DNA from: Blepharisma stoltei ATCC 30299
Taxonomy: Eukaryota; Protista; Ciliophora
Length of the DNA: 64,000 nucleotides
NCBI GenBank assembly: GCA_965603825.1
Contig: CBFDEM010000056.1
Coordinates: forward strand, 248,001 to 312,000
Direction of reading: 5' to 3'
Shown here: positions 10,839 through 22,617 of the stretch, one piece after another
Numbering within the stretch: position 1 is the first letter of the stretch
How the letters are laid out: every line of letters starts with the position of its first letter
Notes under the pieces: generated by a model
The model's input: only the letters and a program-made list of their open reading frames with translations
The model's database searches: none
Told to the model about the DNA's origin: nothing
Program-made: the position numbers and the translations under genes

Positions 10839-12215
10839 TTATTTTTCTTTACCTCCACCACAGTCCTTGTAAATTATTTCTGCAATGTTTTCTGAGACCA
10901 TTTTTCCATAAATTCCAACTACGGGGAAAGAGCTGGTAAGCCATGGCCCATAAACCTTTGTCAAATTTTCAGCTTCGTATTGCACAACACTGGAAGCTAC
11001 ATCGGCCCTTGAGCGTTTTGATCCTAAAAGCCTCAGTTGATTAGCATTAAGCTGGGCTACTTGTGAAGACCCTTCCAGTAGCAAAAGTCTATTAAGAAAT
11101 GTGTTTTTAGCTCTTAATAATTCTTCCTTGGAAATTTCTTTTGTAACCTGGAGCATTGCTTTGACTACAGCTGACCCGAGAAATGGCGCTGAAATAGGTT
11201 CACATTCTAAGAAATGGATAAACAGGCCACAGTCTGAGTAATTGGTAAGTACACAATGATGAGATATTAATCCTCCTATTTGTCCAAACATGGAGTGAAG
11301 GTAGTTAGACTGCTTGGGATAGTCTAAGTAGGGTAAATTTATGGGGTTGCTCATAAGCTGCTCTAGGAGCTGAAATGCAATGAATTGGTTCTGCCTTATA
11401 GAAGGCCCAGGATATGCAATAGCTAAATATGTTGTATCGTCATCTGTCCTGCATTGTATACAATTAGGAGAATAATTTGGAGGCTCAACCTCTGCTTTTT
11501 GACCTTTTTCTATCCTTCACAAGTATTTTTCTGCTAAATTCGAAATTGTATCGTGATCAATCCCTCCAGCGGTGCTTAAAATAATATTTTGGCCTACATA
11601 AAGATTTGTAGCAAAATCAACAATTTCGCTTTTTGTGATATCTCTTATAGTTTTTGAGTTTCCTTTCACAAAATTTCCAAAAGGATTGTCTTTAAATGAC
11701 GTTCTATGAATATTTTCATGCAATGTATAAGAAGGAATAGACATTGAATTTTCACAATCTTCCAAGGCAAGCTTTTTAGCTTGAGATACAGAATTTTCAG
11801 TAAAATTACTCTCGCTCAGCATTTCTCCTAACAGCTTAAATACTTGTTCAACATACTCAGTCATAACATTGATTTCAATTCATGTATTGTCTCTTTTCAC
11901 ATTAATTTCAATATTTGCTCCCAAGTCTTCAAAAGATTTCCTCAGAGTATTTGCATCTTTCCCTTTAGTGCCATATAACAGCAAATTTCCAGCTAAATTT
12001 GCAATGCCAGATTTTTTACCTTCATTTCTGCTTCCCGCATCAATCATAATTCCAATCGTTGATAAATCGCTTTTCCAGCTTTCAGAAATAATTCTGATCC
12101 CATTTTTCATCCCTCCTATTTTGGTAGGCCGCTCATATCTTAGTGCTTCAGGAAGCAGAGGCTTCTCTCTTACAAACTGTTGAGCCAATGATGAAAAATA
12201 CCTGACTGCTTTCAT
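10839..12215 (-). CDS. Peptidase M16 family, MPP/cytochrome bc1 core-like subunit, predicted non-catalytic (458 aa)
   Basis: Three track ORFs join in one frame through TGA 11880 and 11517. IDAGSRNE...GT motif and presequence-like N-terminus MKAVRYFSS; HxxEH replaced by NLAGN. Confidence 0.85.
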
Positions 12216-12283
12216 ATATAAATGAATATTTACCATCTCATTTTAACATAATCCAGTTTATTGCTTAGATAATTAACGAAAAT

Positions 12284-14767
12284 ATGAATAACACAGTAGA
12301 TAGCGATGAAAGTGGGTGCTTTTTAGATTGTGATAATTATATTTCTAACACCGCAAGCCCTGAAAATCCTTCAGAAGAGCTTTACAAATATATTCCACCC
12401 CCTATCCCACTCGTTCCTAAAAACTTGTATGCAGACAATTTGCCTCGATGCCACCAAGATATGTTGTAAAAATTATTTAGGCTCCTGCCACGACTATCAG
12501 GATCTGAAGAAATTTTTTCCCAAGGCCCAGAAGTGAGCCCATCATCTACAGTTATGATTCCCCAAGTTTCCTTAATAACAATGTGTGAATCCAGGTGAAT
12601 TCTATTTAGATCCAACAATATTGTATATCGACGAGACTCTTCCACATCAGGGCTACCGTATAATGCAAACTTATTAGACTTGCACGATTTAATAAAAAGC
12701 CAAGAAACCTCCAGACCTGACCCTGTTAAATTTGATAACGAGATACAGCCGTTTTATAAGCCAAACCTTGATGACAGCACTCTTGTGTTTGAAAGCAGGT
12801 TCGAAAGTGGCAACTTAGCAATGGCAATGAAAATGAGCAATAATGAATATAACTTAATTTTGCAAAACGATATAAATACCAGAGGACACACACAGTGGTT
12901 TTACTTTAGAGTTACAAATACAACTGCAGAGCTCAAGGTGAAATTCAATATTTTGAATTTGACGAAAAAGGATAGCTTGTATAATGAAGGGATGAAAATT
13001 TTAATTTTTTCTGAAAATGAGAGCCAGACGAACAATGTAGGCTGGTTTAGAGGAGGATATGATATTATGTACCATGCTAATGGAATTAGAAAACCTAAAG
13101 GTAATAAAACTTTTTATACATTGACATGAAAATATGATTTTCCTTATTCAAAAGACACTGTTTATTTTGCGTACTCATACCCCTACACATATACAGATTT
13201 AATGCACGATCTCCAAATCCTGGAGAATAATGCACAAATACAAGAAATTATGGCCCGGAGACTGCTCTGCTATACAATTTCAGGCAACCGCTGCGAATAT
13301 TTAACAATAACTGCTCAAGGAACTCCTGAGCAGACAAAAAAACGTAAAGGTGTTGTCATATCGGCAAGAGCACACCCAGGAGAAAGTGTTGGCTCCTGAA
13401 TGATGAAAGGTGTCATTGACTTTTTGACAAGCCAAGCTGCTGAAGCTCGCCTCTTAAGAGAAGCTTTTGTATTTAAATTAATTCCCATGATGAACCCAGA
13501 TGGAGTAATAAATGGAAACTACCGATGTAATTTAGCTGGAGTTGACTTGAACCGAAGATGGAAAGATCCTTCAAAAACGCTGCAGCCTACAGTGTACTAT
13601 GCCAAAAGACTCATTAAAAGTTTCGGAAAAGAAAGACCTTTGGAGCTTGTCTGTGATTTTCATGGACATTCAAGAAGGAAAAATATTTTTATGTATGGTT
13701 GCAACTACCCTGATAGGCCAGAGGCGACTCGTACATTTCCATTTATACTGTCTAAAGTATCTCCGTTTTTTTCTTATAGCTACTGCTCTTTTAGAATGCA
13801 GAAATCTAAAGAGTCTACCTTGAGGATTTCGATGTTCAAAGAAACCAGAACTCAAAATGTATATACACTAGAAGCAAGCTTCTGTGGGCCTAATTTTGGA
13901 CCATTTATAGGCTCACACCATACAGCTAAACAGCTTCAAGAAATGGGGAAGCAGGTTTGCTTATCCCTTGCTATAAATGCAGAAATCGAACTCCCGTTAG
14001 CTTTAGATCCTCAACCAAGTCCTGATGGCGAAATTGCAAACTTAGCGACTATAAAAAAGAAAGACATTTTGACTGAGCTGCTGAGTACTAAGGAGCTGCT
14101 TGTGGATAACCCAGAAAACGATTCTTCTGGAAGTGACTCAGAGCCTTCTGAAGACAATCTTGATCCAGAAGAAATGGCTGAAGTGCTCCCTACCACTTCA
14201 AGAAAGAGGATAGATAAGAAAAGACCTGTAACAACCAAAAAAAGAAATTCTTCAAATCTCTCTATAAATTTGCTAAAAGAAAAGGAAAAAGAGCTGCAAA
14301 AGTGTGGGACTTGTGGCGAACTGTTAAAAGATAAACATGTTTGCAAGACACAGGCTCCAAAGCCCAAGCCGAGGTTTTCGCAGATCTATAAGAAGCCGAC
14401 CAGCATTTTTTCAGTGAACCAGCCTTATTATAATGCAGCCGGAAAGAAAGTGAGAGATCAGGCAACCCAGACTATGAGGGTTCCTCAAAATCCAGTAGAA
14501 GATATAAGAACTCAGTCACCAATTTTAAGTTCTGAATTTAAGGAAAAAATAACTGGAAATCTGATTAATCGAAATCGGTCAGTCTCCCAAAAACCTGCAA
14601 CAAGGGACTATAAAAATGTAAACAGGTCGTTCAACCAAAATTACGGAGAAAAGCCAGGCGTTTGGAAAATGGATAAACAAGGGCTGCCTTCTCTTGGGAA
14701 ACTATATGATAAATCAATGGCCTCGCCAGCATGGAAAATCAGTGATATGGTTATTAAAAAGCATTAA
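12284..14767 (+). CDS. Cytosolic carboxypeptidase (CCP/AGBL, M14D tubulin deglutamylase)
   Basis: FESRFESGNL, HTQWFYF, YPYTYT, ARAHPGE, NPDGVINGNYR, DLNR, DFHGHS, YTLEAS. TGA=W at 13127 and 13397 (GS[W]MMKG); 15-nt introns near the 5' end. Confidence 0.93.
12466..12480 (+). other. 15-nt spliceosomal intron
   Basis: gtaaaaattatttag, A at position 10, contains the in-frame TAA that ends track ORF 12284..12469. Confidence 0.85.
12595..12609 (+). other. Probable 15-nt intron with GTG donor, frame-neutral
   Basis: gtgaattctatttag, A at position 10; retention would add 5 codons with no TAA/TAG. Confidence 0.6.
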
Positions 14768-14874
14768 AAATATAAATAACTGTTCATCTTTTCTTTCTGC
14801 ATTTAAACAATTGTGGAAAAACTTAATAGAGCTGAAAGCTCTAGCTGTTAAAGACGTTAATTTTAACTAATCAA

Positions 14875-16686
14875 TTACTTAGCTAATGGCAATAGCATCT
14901 TCAGCTGTTCAGGATTGTTCGCCCAAGCTGCTCTCAGTACAGCGATAGCTTCATCGACCTTGACCTTGAGTTCTGCTGTATTGCCTAGTAACGATAAAAT
15001 TTCATCGTTTGTCATTTCAAGAAGCATACCAGTGATTTTGCCAGCAATATTTGGGTTTGAAAACGCTATTACTAAATGATACAAAGCCTCACCCAAAATT
15101 TGCTTGTGCTGAGCTGCATCGACTTTTGTAAGGTCTGGGATCGGAGGCCTTGGAATCGGTACTTGTTGAGGTATAGGCTGAATTTGTTGGATTTGGTGAA
15201 GGGCTGGAGGATGTGGGATATGCTGTGGCGGCATCATTCCTCTTGGTGGCATAGGACGGCCCATTTGAGGACCCATGTGAGGTTGAGGCATTCCTCTGCC
15301 TCTTGGCATCATATTTTGAGGTCCTTGAGGCCTATAGAAGTTGCCTCTTCCCATTGGCATTCCTCCATGTGGGCCAAATGGCCACATATATTTCATCTGC
15401 TTCTTTATCTTAGACTGCAAAATTATTTTTTTCAGCTCTTCTCTTGGCTTCCACTTTGCAACAAAGACTTTTTTCCCTTCAATTGTTTGAGCTTGCAGCC
15501 CATGAATGGCGTTATTTAAAGCTTGTTCATTTTTAAAGCAAACAAAAGCCACTCCTCTTGAGGTCATTTCTTTGGTTATTTGAGAAGGAACGCGGTTTCC
15601 AGAAGCGTCATAAGTAAAATTGACTGATTGCTGGTTCACAACATTCCCACTAGCGTCATATTTTGGAGCTTCAAACTTGATGTTTTCTGATTTGCAGATT
15701 TTGACTGAAGTGATTTCCCCGAATTGTCCACAAAGTTTTTCCAATTTTTCTTCATCAATACCTAGAGGAAGATTTCTGATATAAAGGTTAACTCTTTTCC
15801 AGAGTTCTACTTGCTTAGAATACTTTTCTCTCAACAGAGCCACTCTATAGCTCTTTTTCATATGTGGGACAACATACCAGTAAAATCCGTCCTCGTCAGA
15901 GTTATTCAAGGCTAAGGCTGCTTCTGCGTCTTCTTGCCTGTTGAAGCAAATAAATCCAAAAGGAAGCCCAGACTTCGAAATCATTCTGGCTACTGAAATG
16001 ACTTCGCCAAACTGTGAGAACTTGCTCATTAAGTCGTTCTCAGTAAAAGTTTGTGGAAATCCTCTCACATAGAGATTCTTGTTTGGCGAGTTGTCAACTC
16101 TCATGCTGACTGGTAAGAACTTGGACACAGAAATGACTTGTCCCTGCCAGCTCGATCCATTTTTGCTTTGGATTGCTGCCAGTGCGCTTTCTTGCTTGTC
16201 AAACTGTATAAATCCATATCTCAAAGGTCTGCCCTGGTCGTCGTACACCACTTTTGACGAAGTAATATTCCCAAAGACTGAAAAGTAGTCTCTAAATTCC
16301 TTTGCAGTCACTGAGTCTGGGATGTTTTTCACAAAAATGTTGGCTTCCTGAGACCTCTCCTGGGTGAATTTGACAACACGGATATGTTTGCCATTGATGA
16401 GCTCGCCGTCAAGCTCGCTCTGGGCCCTCAGGGCGGAGTCTGGAGAAGAGAATGAGACCAGCGCGTAATTGAGAGACGTGAAGTTCTTAAAGCTTCGAAT
16501 GATGCGGATATAGTTGATGGCTCCAAAGCGAATCAGATGCTGATAAAGCTGAGATTCGGACACTTGGGCATCTAAGTCTCCTATAAACAGCTGAGGAGGC
16601 TGTGATTGTTGTGTGATGGGTTGACTCTTTAAACCTTGGCTTTCCATTTCTCCTTGTTTTGGCCTTAGGTTAATATTATTGTCCAT
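14875..16686 (-). CDS. PABP: Polyadenylate-binding protein (4 RRM + MLLE/PABC)
   Basis: RRM RNP motifs, P/Q/M/G linker, C-terminal KQILGEALY...AGKITGMLLEM. Confidence 0.93.
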   Translation of the reverse strand: MDNNINLRPKQGEMESQGLKSQPITQQSQPPQLFIGDLDAQVSESQLYQHLIRFGAINYIRIIRSFKNFTSLNYALVSFSSPDSALRAQSELDGELINGKHIRVVKFTQERSQEANIFVKNIPDSVTAKEFRDYFSVFGNITSSKVVYDDQGRPLRYGFIQFDKQESALAAIQSKNGSSWQGQVISVSKFLPVSMRVDNSPNKNLYVRGFPQTFTENDLMSKFSQFGEVISVARMISKSGLPFGFICFNRQEDAEAALALNNSDEDGFYWYVVPHMKKSYRVALLREKYSKQVELWKRVNLYIRNLPLGIDEEKLEKLCGQFGEITSVKICKSENIKFEAPKYDASGNVVNQQSVNFTYDASGNRVPSQITKEMTSRGVAFVCFKNEQALNNAIHGLQAQTIEGKKVFVAKWKPREELKKIILQSKIKKQMKYMWPFGPHGGMPMGRGNFYRPQGPQNMMPRGRGMPQPHMGPQMGRPMPPRGMMPPQHIPHPPALHQIQQIQPIPQQVPIPRPPIPDLTKVDAAQHKQILGEALYHLVIAFSNPNIAGKITGMLLEMTNDEILSLLGNTAELKVKVDEAIAVLRAAWANNPEQLKMLLPLAK

Positions 16687-16939
16687 TTACCCGCTCGGCA
16701 CGAAATCTTTGCTAAAAGAGTGTTGCAATTTTAGTGGGAAATTTAAGAAAATTATGGTAAGGAATAACCTTTTTGAATTGCAGCTTTAAATAATCTATTC
16801 AAACCAAATCACTTTTATATAGAATTTATTATAAGTTCAGAGTTTTAGAATTGAGGTTAATTGTATTTTTTAAGGTAAAGTTCGACTAAGCCATATTAAT
16901 TAGCATTGAAAAATAGTTTCGAAATTTAATTTAAGAAAG

Positions 16940-18412
16940 CTAAGGAACTGTTGGCAGTGCATTTCTGCAGGTTGGGCATTCCATTTTAATATTCATCCAG
17001 TTTATCAAGCACTCTTCATGAAATCTATGCCCACATGGCGCATACATTGTCCTTGTTTTTCCACAGCTGTCTTCAGTATTTAAACAGTTCATGCATATAA
17101 TGCATTCATTTCCTAGAAAATGGTATTTGATCTTCTTCGCTTCTGTAAAATAATCGTGAACCTTTGGCCTAAACCTATCAGGGATAATAAAATCAGGTTT
17201 TGCCCTCTGAATTGTTAAAATGATAAATTGAGCCAGGCAGATAAAAGCTATGAACCCAAATAAAATTGGCTGGGGCTCGTAGTTCATGAAATTGTGAGGA
17301 TAGGCAAAAATATATGCTGAAAAAGTAAGTCTAGTCAATAAAATTGTTGTATATACACAGGGACTTAGAGAGTCCTTATATCCATTTAGGGCATTAGAAA
17401 TAATTTGTGGGACAAATATGCAATGCATAAGTGGAACTGTAAGCTTGGCTAGCCCTGATGCAGCAATTAGCACGACCACAACTGCAACAACAATAAGGCA
17501 AAACCTAGCATGGAAATTTGAAGACATCCTTCTTGACATGTCATATCCATAATGATTTAATTCTGGGTGTTGGGCTGTTCATACAGCCAATGCCAGCTTG
17601 CCTTCTACTATGAAAAATACTCCAAAATTTCATAAAGAAGAGATCAGCATATAATCAAATCCTAGCCAAGTCCTAAACCCTCTATCAATATGCCAAAAAG
17701 ACAAAAAGCAGTCCAGCGACGCATTCATACCTAGCGAAATAATCGATGTTTTCTGAGCATAATTGCTATTCAGCAAGCACAAATGCAAATGTTTAGCAAA
17801 AATCAGTATCAGGACCATGCAGATCCCTGAAATAAAAATGCAGTAGTAAATCTTTGGGTCTTTTTCCATGTCTGCAGAGAACTCTTTCATTTCCAAATTC
17901 AAATTAATATTACAATCGCCGCCAGTGATAGTTCCTTTCATTAAGCTGGAATCGTAATTAATAAGCGCAGTTCCATTGCACCTGGAAATTGTCCCGTGTT
18001 CTTTTGTGATTAGATTCATAAGTCCAGTTCACTTCAACGAAGGGTGGATCAGTTTTTCAAGCCCATATTCGAGTGATAACGCATAGGCAGGATCACTTTC
18101 CCAGAACCCATCAAAAAAGAGGATTCTGATGAAGAAGTTATTGATTTTGGACTTAGTAAGTTTGGATGCCAGGTAAGCTCGGCCTGACCTGTTTTCGAGG
18201 AGGGAACTTTGAGAGGATCTCCATGTTCCTATATAGTTTTCTTGATTTGGGATATATGCCATAAAATAGCCACTGTAGTTTATTGAATCAATCTGAGCTG
18301 GGATGTGAGAGTGAGGCTTTTGAGAATAAGATGGAAGGGCATTGAATATAATATAGACCACAAGGATGAGAGCTAGTAATGAAAGCACTCGAGGCCTAAT
18401 AAAGTCAACCAT
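16940..18412 (-). CDS. Multi-pass transmembrane RING-H2 E3 ligase (Tul1/FLY1-like)
   Basis: Three track ORFs join through TGA 18029, 17630 and 17579. Signal anchor, lumenal domain, several TM helices, VPQI motif, C-terminal CIIC...PCGHRFHEECLINWMNIKMECPTCR. Confidence 0.87.
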
Positions 18413-19117
18413 TATATATGGATTTTTTAAAACTAAATAATCTAACCTAAGCATGGAGTCAGCTCTAGTATAATATTTAAAACGAATACTTATTGAAAAT
18501 TGGATCATGATAGCTATTATTTAGATTAAGAAGTTATTTTGAAGCGGATTTATTATAATTTTATTAAATTATAATGAAAAATGTATTTACTTTTAAATCA
18601 ATAATTTAAGTCTTGACTCTTGTTAAGAATGAGACATTTTATAAAATGTATTTAGTTATTTTAAATTTTTTTCGATTATAAGACTACCTCCACCTTCCAT
18701 CTAAATAGAGCTTAGATTACTCCTTTTAACTAGAACTGAAGCTAATTTTATTAACTATAAGGTCAAAATAATATTCAATTCAAATAATTACACTTAAATG
18801 CATTGAAAAATTAGTTGACATTAATAGAATAACTATTGCTTTTAAAAATTAATCCTTTTTTGCATTAATTAAAGAAGTACTTGTGCATCTCAATATTTTA
18901 CTAAACCCTTTTAAATCGCATATTTCTTTATTTAAATCTGCAAATAAAATTTCTTTCGAATTTGGAGGGAAACCTTTTTAGCCTATTCCAAAATATTAAT
19001 TTTAAATCATTTTTATAAAACTATTAAGCAATTTTAATATGTTTCTATAACAAAAATTTAACGTTCTCGTTAAATATTTTAAAATCCATATTAGTACCGA
19101 TCGTAACAATCATATAA

Positions 19118-20017
19118 ATGAATCTAACTGACATCTCAAAAGAAAATCAATTCGCAGACCCCAAGTCATATAAGATCCCCTCCTCCCGCAGTGCGCTGAA
19201 GTCTCTCAATCTTTCAGCCTTCCTAAATGTCTCCCAAATTCCTGCTGAAATTCAAAATCCAGACCCTCAATTGGTCTCTGAATACGCCGTCGAAATTTCT
19301 AACAATCTCAAAATTCAAGAAAATTCTTACCAAATTTCTCATGAATATATGAAATTGCAGCCTGACATCAACCTAAAGCACAGAGCTGTGCTTATTGACT
19401 GGATAATCAGCGCGCACAAACACTTTAAGCTACTCACTGAAACACTCTTTTTAACTGTTTATTTGATCGATAGATACTTAGAAAAACGCGCAGTGACAAG
19501 GCAGCAGTTGCAACTAGTCGGGGTAACTGCGCTCTTTGTTTCTGCAAAATATGAAGAAATTTATCCGCCAGAGGTAAAAGACTTTGTGAATATCACTGAC
19601 AGAGCGTATACTAAAGATCAAGTTGTGAAGATGGAAAGAGAGATGCTGACTACGCTGGAGTTTAATATAACTTTTCCTTCAGCGTGGAGATTTTTTGAGA
19701 GATTCAGCCTGATCACCAGTCTGAATCCTCAAGGACAAAGTGTAGGCCAATATGTGCTAGAATTAGCATTGGTTGAGTATCATATGCTGAAATATAAAGC
19801 ATCATTGAAGGCTGCGAGTGCAGCTTATTTAGGCCACAAAATTTTTAACAGAGATTATGTGTGGAGCACTGAAGGTTTTTCAGAAGCAGAAATAAAAGAA
19901 TGTGCTAAAGATTTGCTCATCCTTTTTCAGGCTGCTTCCAAGCATCCCTTGTCGGCAGTAAGAGAGAAGTTTTCAAGGCCTCAATACCATGATGTGTCGA
20001 ATTTAAGATTAAGTTAA
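19118..20017 (+). CDS. Mitotic (B/A-type) cyclin
   Basis: RAVLIDW, LQLVGVTALFVSAKYEEIYPP; N-terminal KEN and D-box-like RSALKSLN. Confidence 0.94.
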   Translation: MNLTDISKENQFADPKSYKIPSSRSALKSLNLSAFLNVSQIPAEIQNPDPQLVSEYAVEISNNLKIQENSYQISHEYMKLQPDINLKHRAVLIDWIISAHKHFKLLTETLFLTVYLIDRYLEKRAVTRQQLQLVGVTALFVSAKYEEIYPPEVKDFVNITDRAYTKDQVVKMEREMLTTLEFNITFPSAWRFFERFSLITSLNPQGQSVGQYVLELALVEYHMLKYKASLKAASAAYLGHKIFNRDYVWSTEGFSEAEIKECAKDLLILFQAASKHPLSAVREKFSRPQYHDVSNLRLS

Positions 20018-20022
20018 TGTAA

Positions 20023-21105
20023 TTATAAAGCAATTTCTTTGTTTGCTATATCTTTAAGCAGTACTTTTCTACCTTGAATTACTCCTTCTATGATTGTGGA
20101 TCCTTTTCAGCCAGACTTTACAATTTCAGTTGACAGTGGGTTTGTTTTATTTAAAACATCGAGCTTTTTCGGCTCCTTTTTAATTTTTTTTATCCTTTTT
20201 TCTCCATCTCCTGCTGTGCTCTGTATTGGTCTTGACCTTGGTGATCTGATTTTTATCTTGAAATAATCAGAATCATAAGTTTTCGTCATATTTTCTATTT
20301 TTCTCAATAAAAGATCTCCATGAGTCCTTGTGTTTTTCATAGCAGTTCTTGTCAGAAGTGTTGGCGAAAAGTGTGAAGTGAGATCTTTTGAAAGCAGATT
20401 CTGAGCAGATGTTGAAGCTCGCTTGTCTTTAAAAGAAACAACTGCTTTTAAATAAGGCTCCATCCAAATCGAATAGCATTGTCTGTGTGGTTCTGTAAGA
20501 TGAAGCTTGCTATTTAGCCGAATAGTTTTAAAAAAACTTGCATTTAGGATGTCAGCATGTATTGCTTTAGTCATACGAGAGTACTCAGACGCTAAAGCGC
20601 TTTTAGTTAAATTATCCAAGCAATTAAAAAAACTGTCATAAAATTCTGTAAAGGTTAAGCCATGGTTTGGGCCAAAGTCAATTTCAGCATCTTGTAAGGC
20701 ATATTTTTTTGACAGCTTTTCGCTTTGAACAGGAGCAATAGCATCTCTATAAATGAATTCGCTGGTATTGATGTATATTTGTTTAGATATGGCACGCAAA
20801 CGGAAAGGATTAATTAAAGTCCAAAAACTGTAAATTGCTTTGAAAAGATATTCATTTCTTTTAACTTGCAGCCTTCTTAAAATATGAGATCGTTTGTAAA
20901 CATCAACTGAATGTTTTTTAGGATCGGAAATTATAATGATTTGCTCATCGGATACTTCTTTGTATTCAATTAGAAACTGTTTTACTTCAAAACTTTCATT
21001 GTGAGAGAGAAGTCACTTGTGATTGCACAATCTCATTGGAGAGTAATTTCGGGTGATGATATTGACTTCATGGGATAATGATAGCTCAAAATTTAGATCT
21101 TCCAT
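20023..21105 (-). CDS. Hypothetical protein (360 aa)
   Basis: ATG 21105 open through two TGA to TAA 20023-20025; helical segment DAEIDFG...LTFTEFYDSFF; no family recognised. Confidence 0.7.
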
Positions 21106-21438
21106 CAGAAATAAAATTATTTTCTTTTTTATATTAATGTGTTTTAAGCAGCATCATAATTCGCAAATTAAAGCGTCTTCTTATTAAAAGCATTATTCTT
21201 TTATATTAAGAGTAAAGATTAACGCGCTATACATATGAAATCTCAAATGAACGGTTTTATTTTTTTAAATTTAATAGTAGCTAGCTAAAGTAGCTTGAAC
21301 AACTGATACTTATTTAATAGCTATTTACATCTATAATTAGGTTTATCTTTCACTTTCTTTGAATTAGAATGTTCTAAGAGTGTTTTCGAAATCATAGAAT
21401 TTTCGCAATTCTAGAACTAAAATGGATATAAAAATAAA

Positions 21439-22290
21439 ATGTTAGGATATTCTTTCAAAAGCTATATTTGTCACAATTGTCAACGAGTTTCTCTAGTAGA
21501 TACTTCAAATCTAATATGCCCACACTGTGGTAACGACTTTCTTGAAGACACAACAACAGCAAGAATTCATCAGCACCAAGCTTATCAATATGCGAGTTAT
21601 TACTGCCACTCTTGCAGATCTACAAACCTAATTGATCCACATAACCCTGTTTGCCCTAACTGTCATGGAACAATTTTAGAAGAAGCCTCACAAGCTCGCC
21701 GCAATGCTGAGCGGGAATCCCATATTCCAGATAATTCTATTTTTTATCAGTTTGGACAGACTCATCAGTACCCTCCCCGGCAGCCTCGCAGCTATCAATA
21801 TCAATATCGTGCCCAAAGACCAAGTGAGCGTGTATTTTTCCCTGAATTTGCAGGATTTCCATCTTGGAATAACTCATTTTTCAGAGATTTTGCAATGGAT
21901 CCATTTGCTGAGTTTGAATCATTTTTTAACGGAGATTTCTTTAGCAGAAGACAGGAAAGAGTTCTAGGAAGATTGTTTGGTGACTTGGATATAAATCCAA
22001 ATGAATATTTCACTCAAAACTTTGGCAGCTTTGATGATATCATTAATCTTCTTATTCAAAGAAATGCTAGCCAAACAACTCCAGCTTCAGAATCTGCAAT
22101 AAATAGTTTGCAAAAGAAAATTGTTGAGAAAGGAGCTGAAATCCAAAAATGTGCAGTGTGCATGGATGATATGCCTGAAGGAACTGAAATAAATGTGCTT
22201 AGCTGCAATCATATGTTTCATCCTGACTGCATTCAGCCTTGGCTAAGAGTCAAAAATAATTGCCCTGTTTGCAGACAAGAGGTGAGATAG
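21439..22290 (+). CDS. RING-H2 E3 ligase, RNF115/RNF126-like, with two N-terminal zinc ribbons
   Basis: YICHNC...CPHC and YYCHSC...CPNC; PAS motif; CAVC...CNHMFHPDCIQPWL...CPVCR. Confidence 0.9.
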   Translation: MLGYSFKSYICHNCQRVSLVDTSNLICPHCGNDFLEDTTTARIHQHQAYQYASYYCHSCRSTNLIDPHNPVCPNCHGTILEEASQARRNAERESHIPDNSIFYQFGQTHQYPPRQPRSYQYQYRAQRPSERVFFPEFAGFPSWNNSFFRDFAMDPFAEFESFFNGDFFSRRQERVLGRLFGDLDINPNEYFTQNFGSFDDIINLLIQRNASQTTPASESAINSLQKKIVEKGAEIQKCAVCMDDMPEGTEINVLSCNHMFHPDCIQPWLRVKNNCPVCRQEVR

Positions 22291-22617
22291 ACAAATTAAT
22301 AATAGATTATAAATAGATTTAATGGAAAAATGGATCAGAATATAAGAAGCCATCAGGGTCTTTAGGGCTCTCTTGTTTTAATCAGTAGGTCGTGAAAGTC
22401 TAAGAATTTGAACTAAAAACTTTATACATAGGCAAAAGTTCTAGGCTTCAAGAGTAGTCGTTTTTTATCATTAATTTGGCCTTCTTTTCGTATAGACAGC
22501 GCTATAACTCATAATTTGCTGCTCTTTAAATTGTGAGTTATCATTTTACTGAATCAAGAGAATTTAATTTCTTCTAATATTAAATGGTGAATCATTTTAT
22601 TTATAAGTATACATAGG

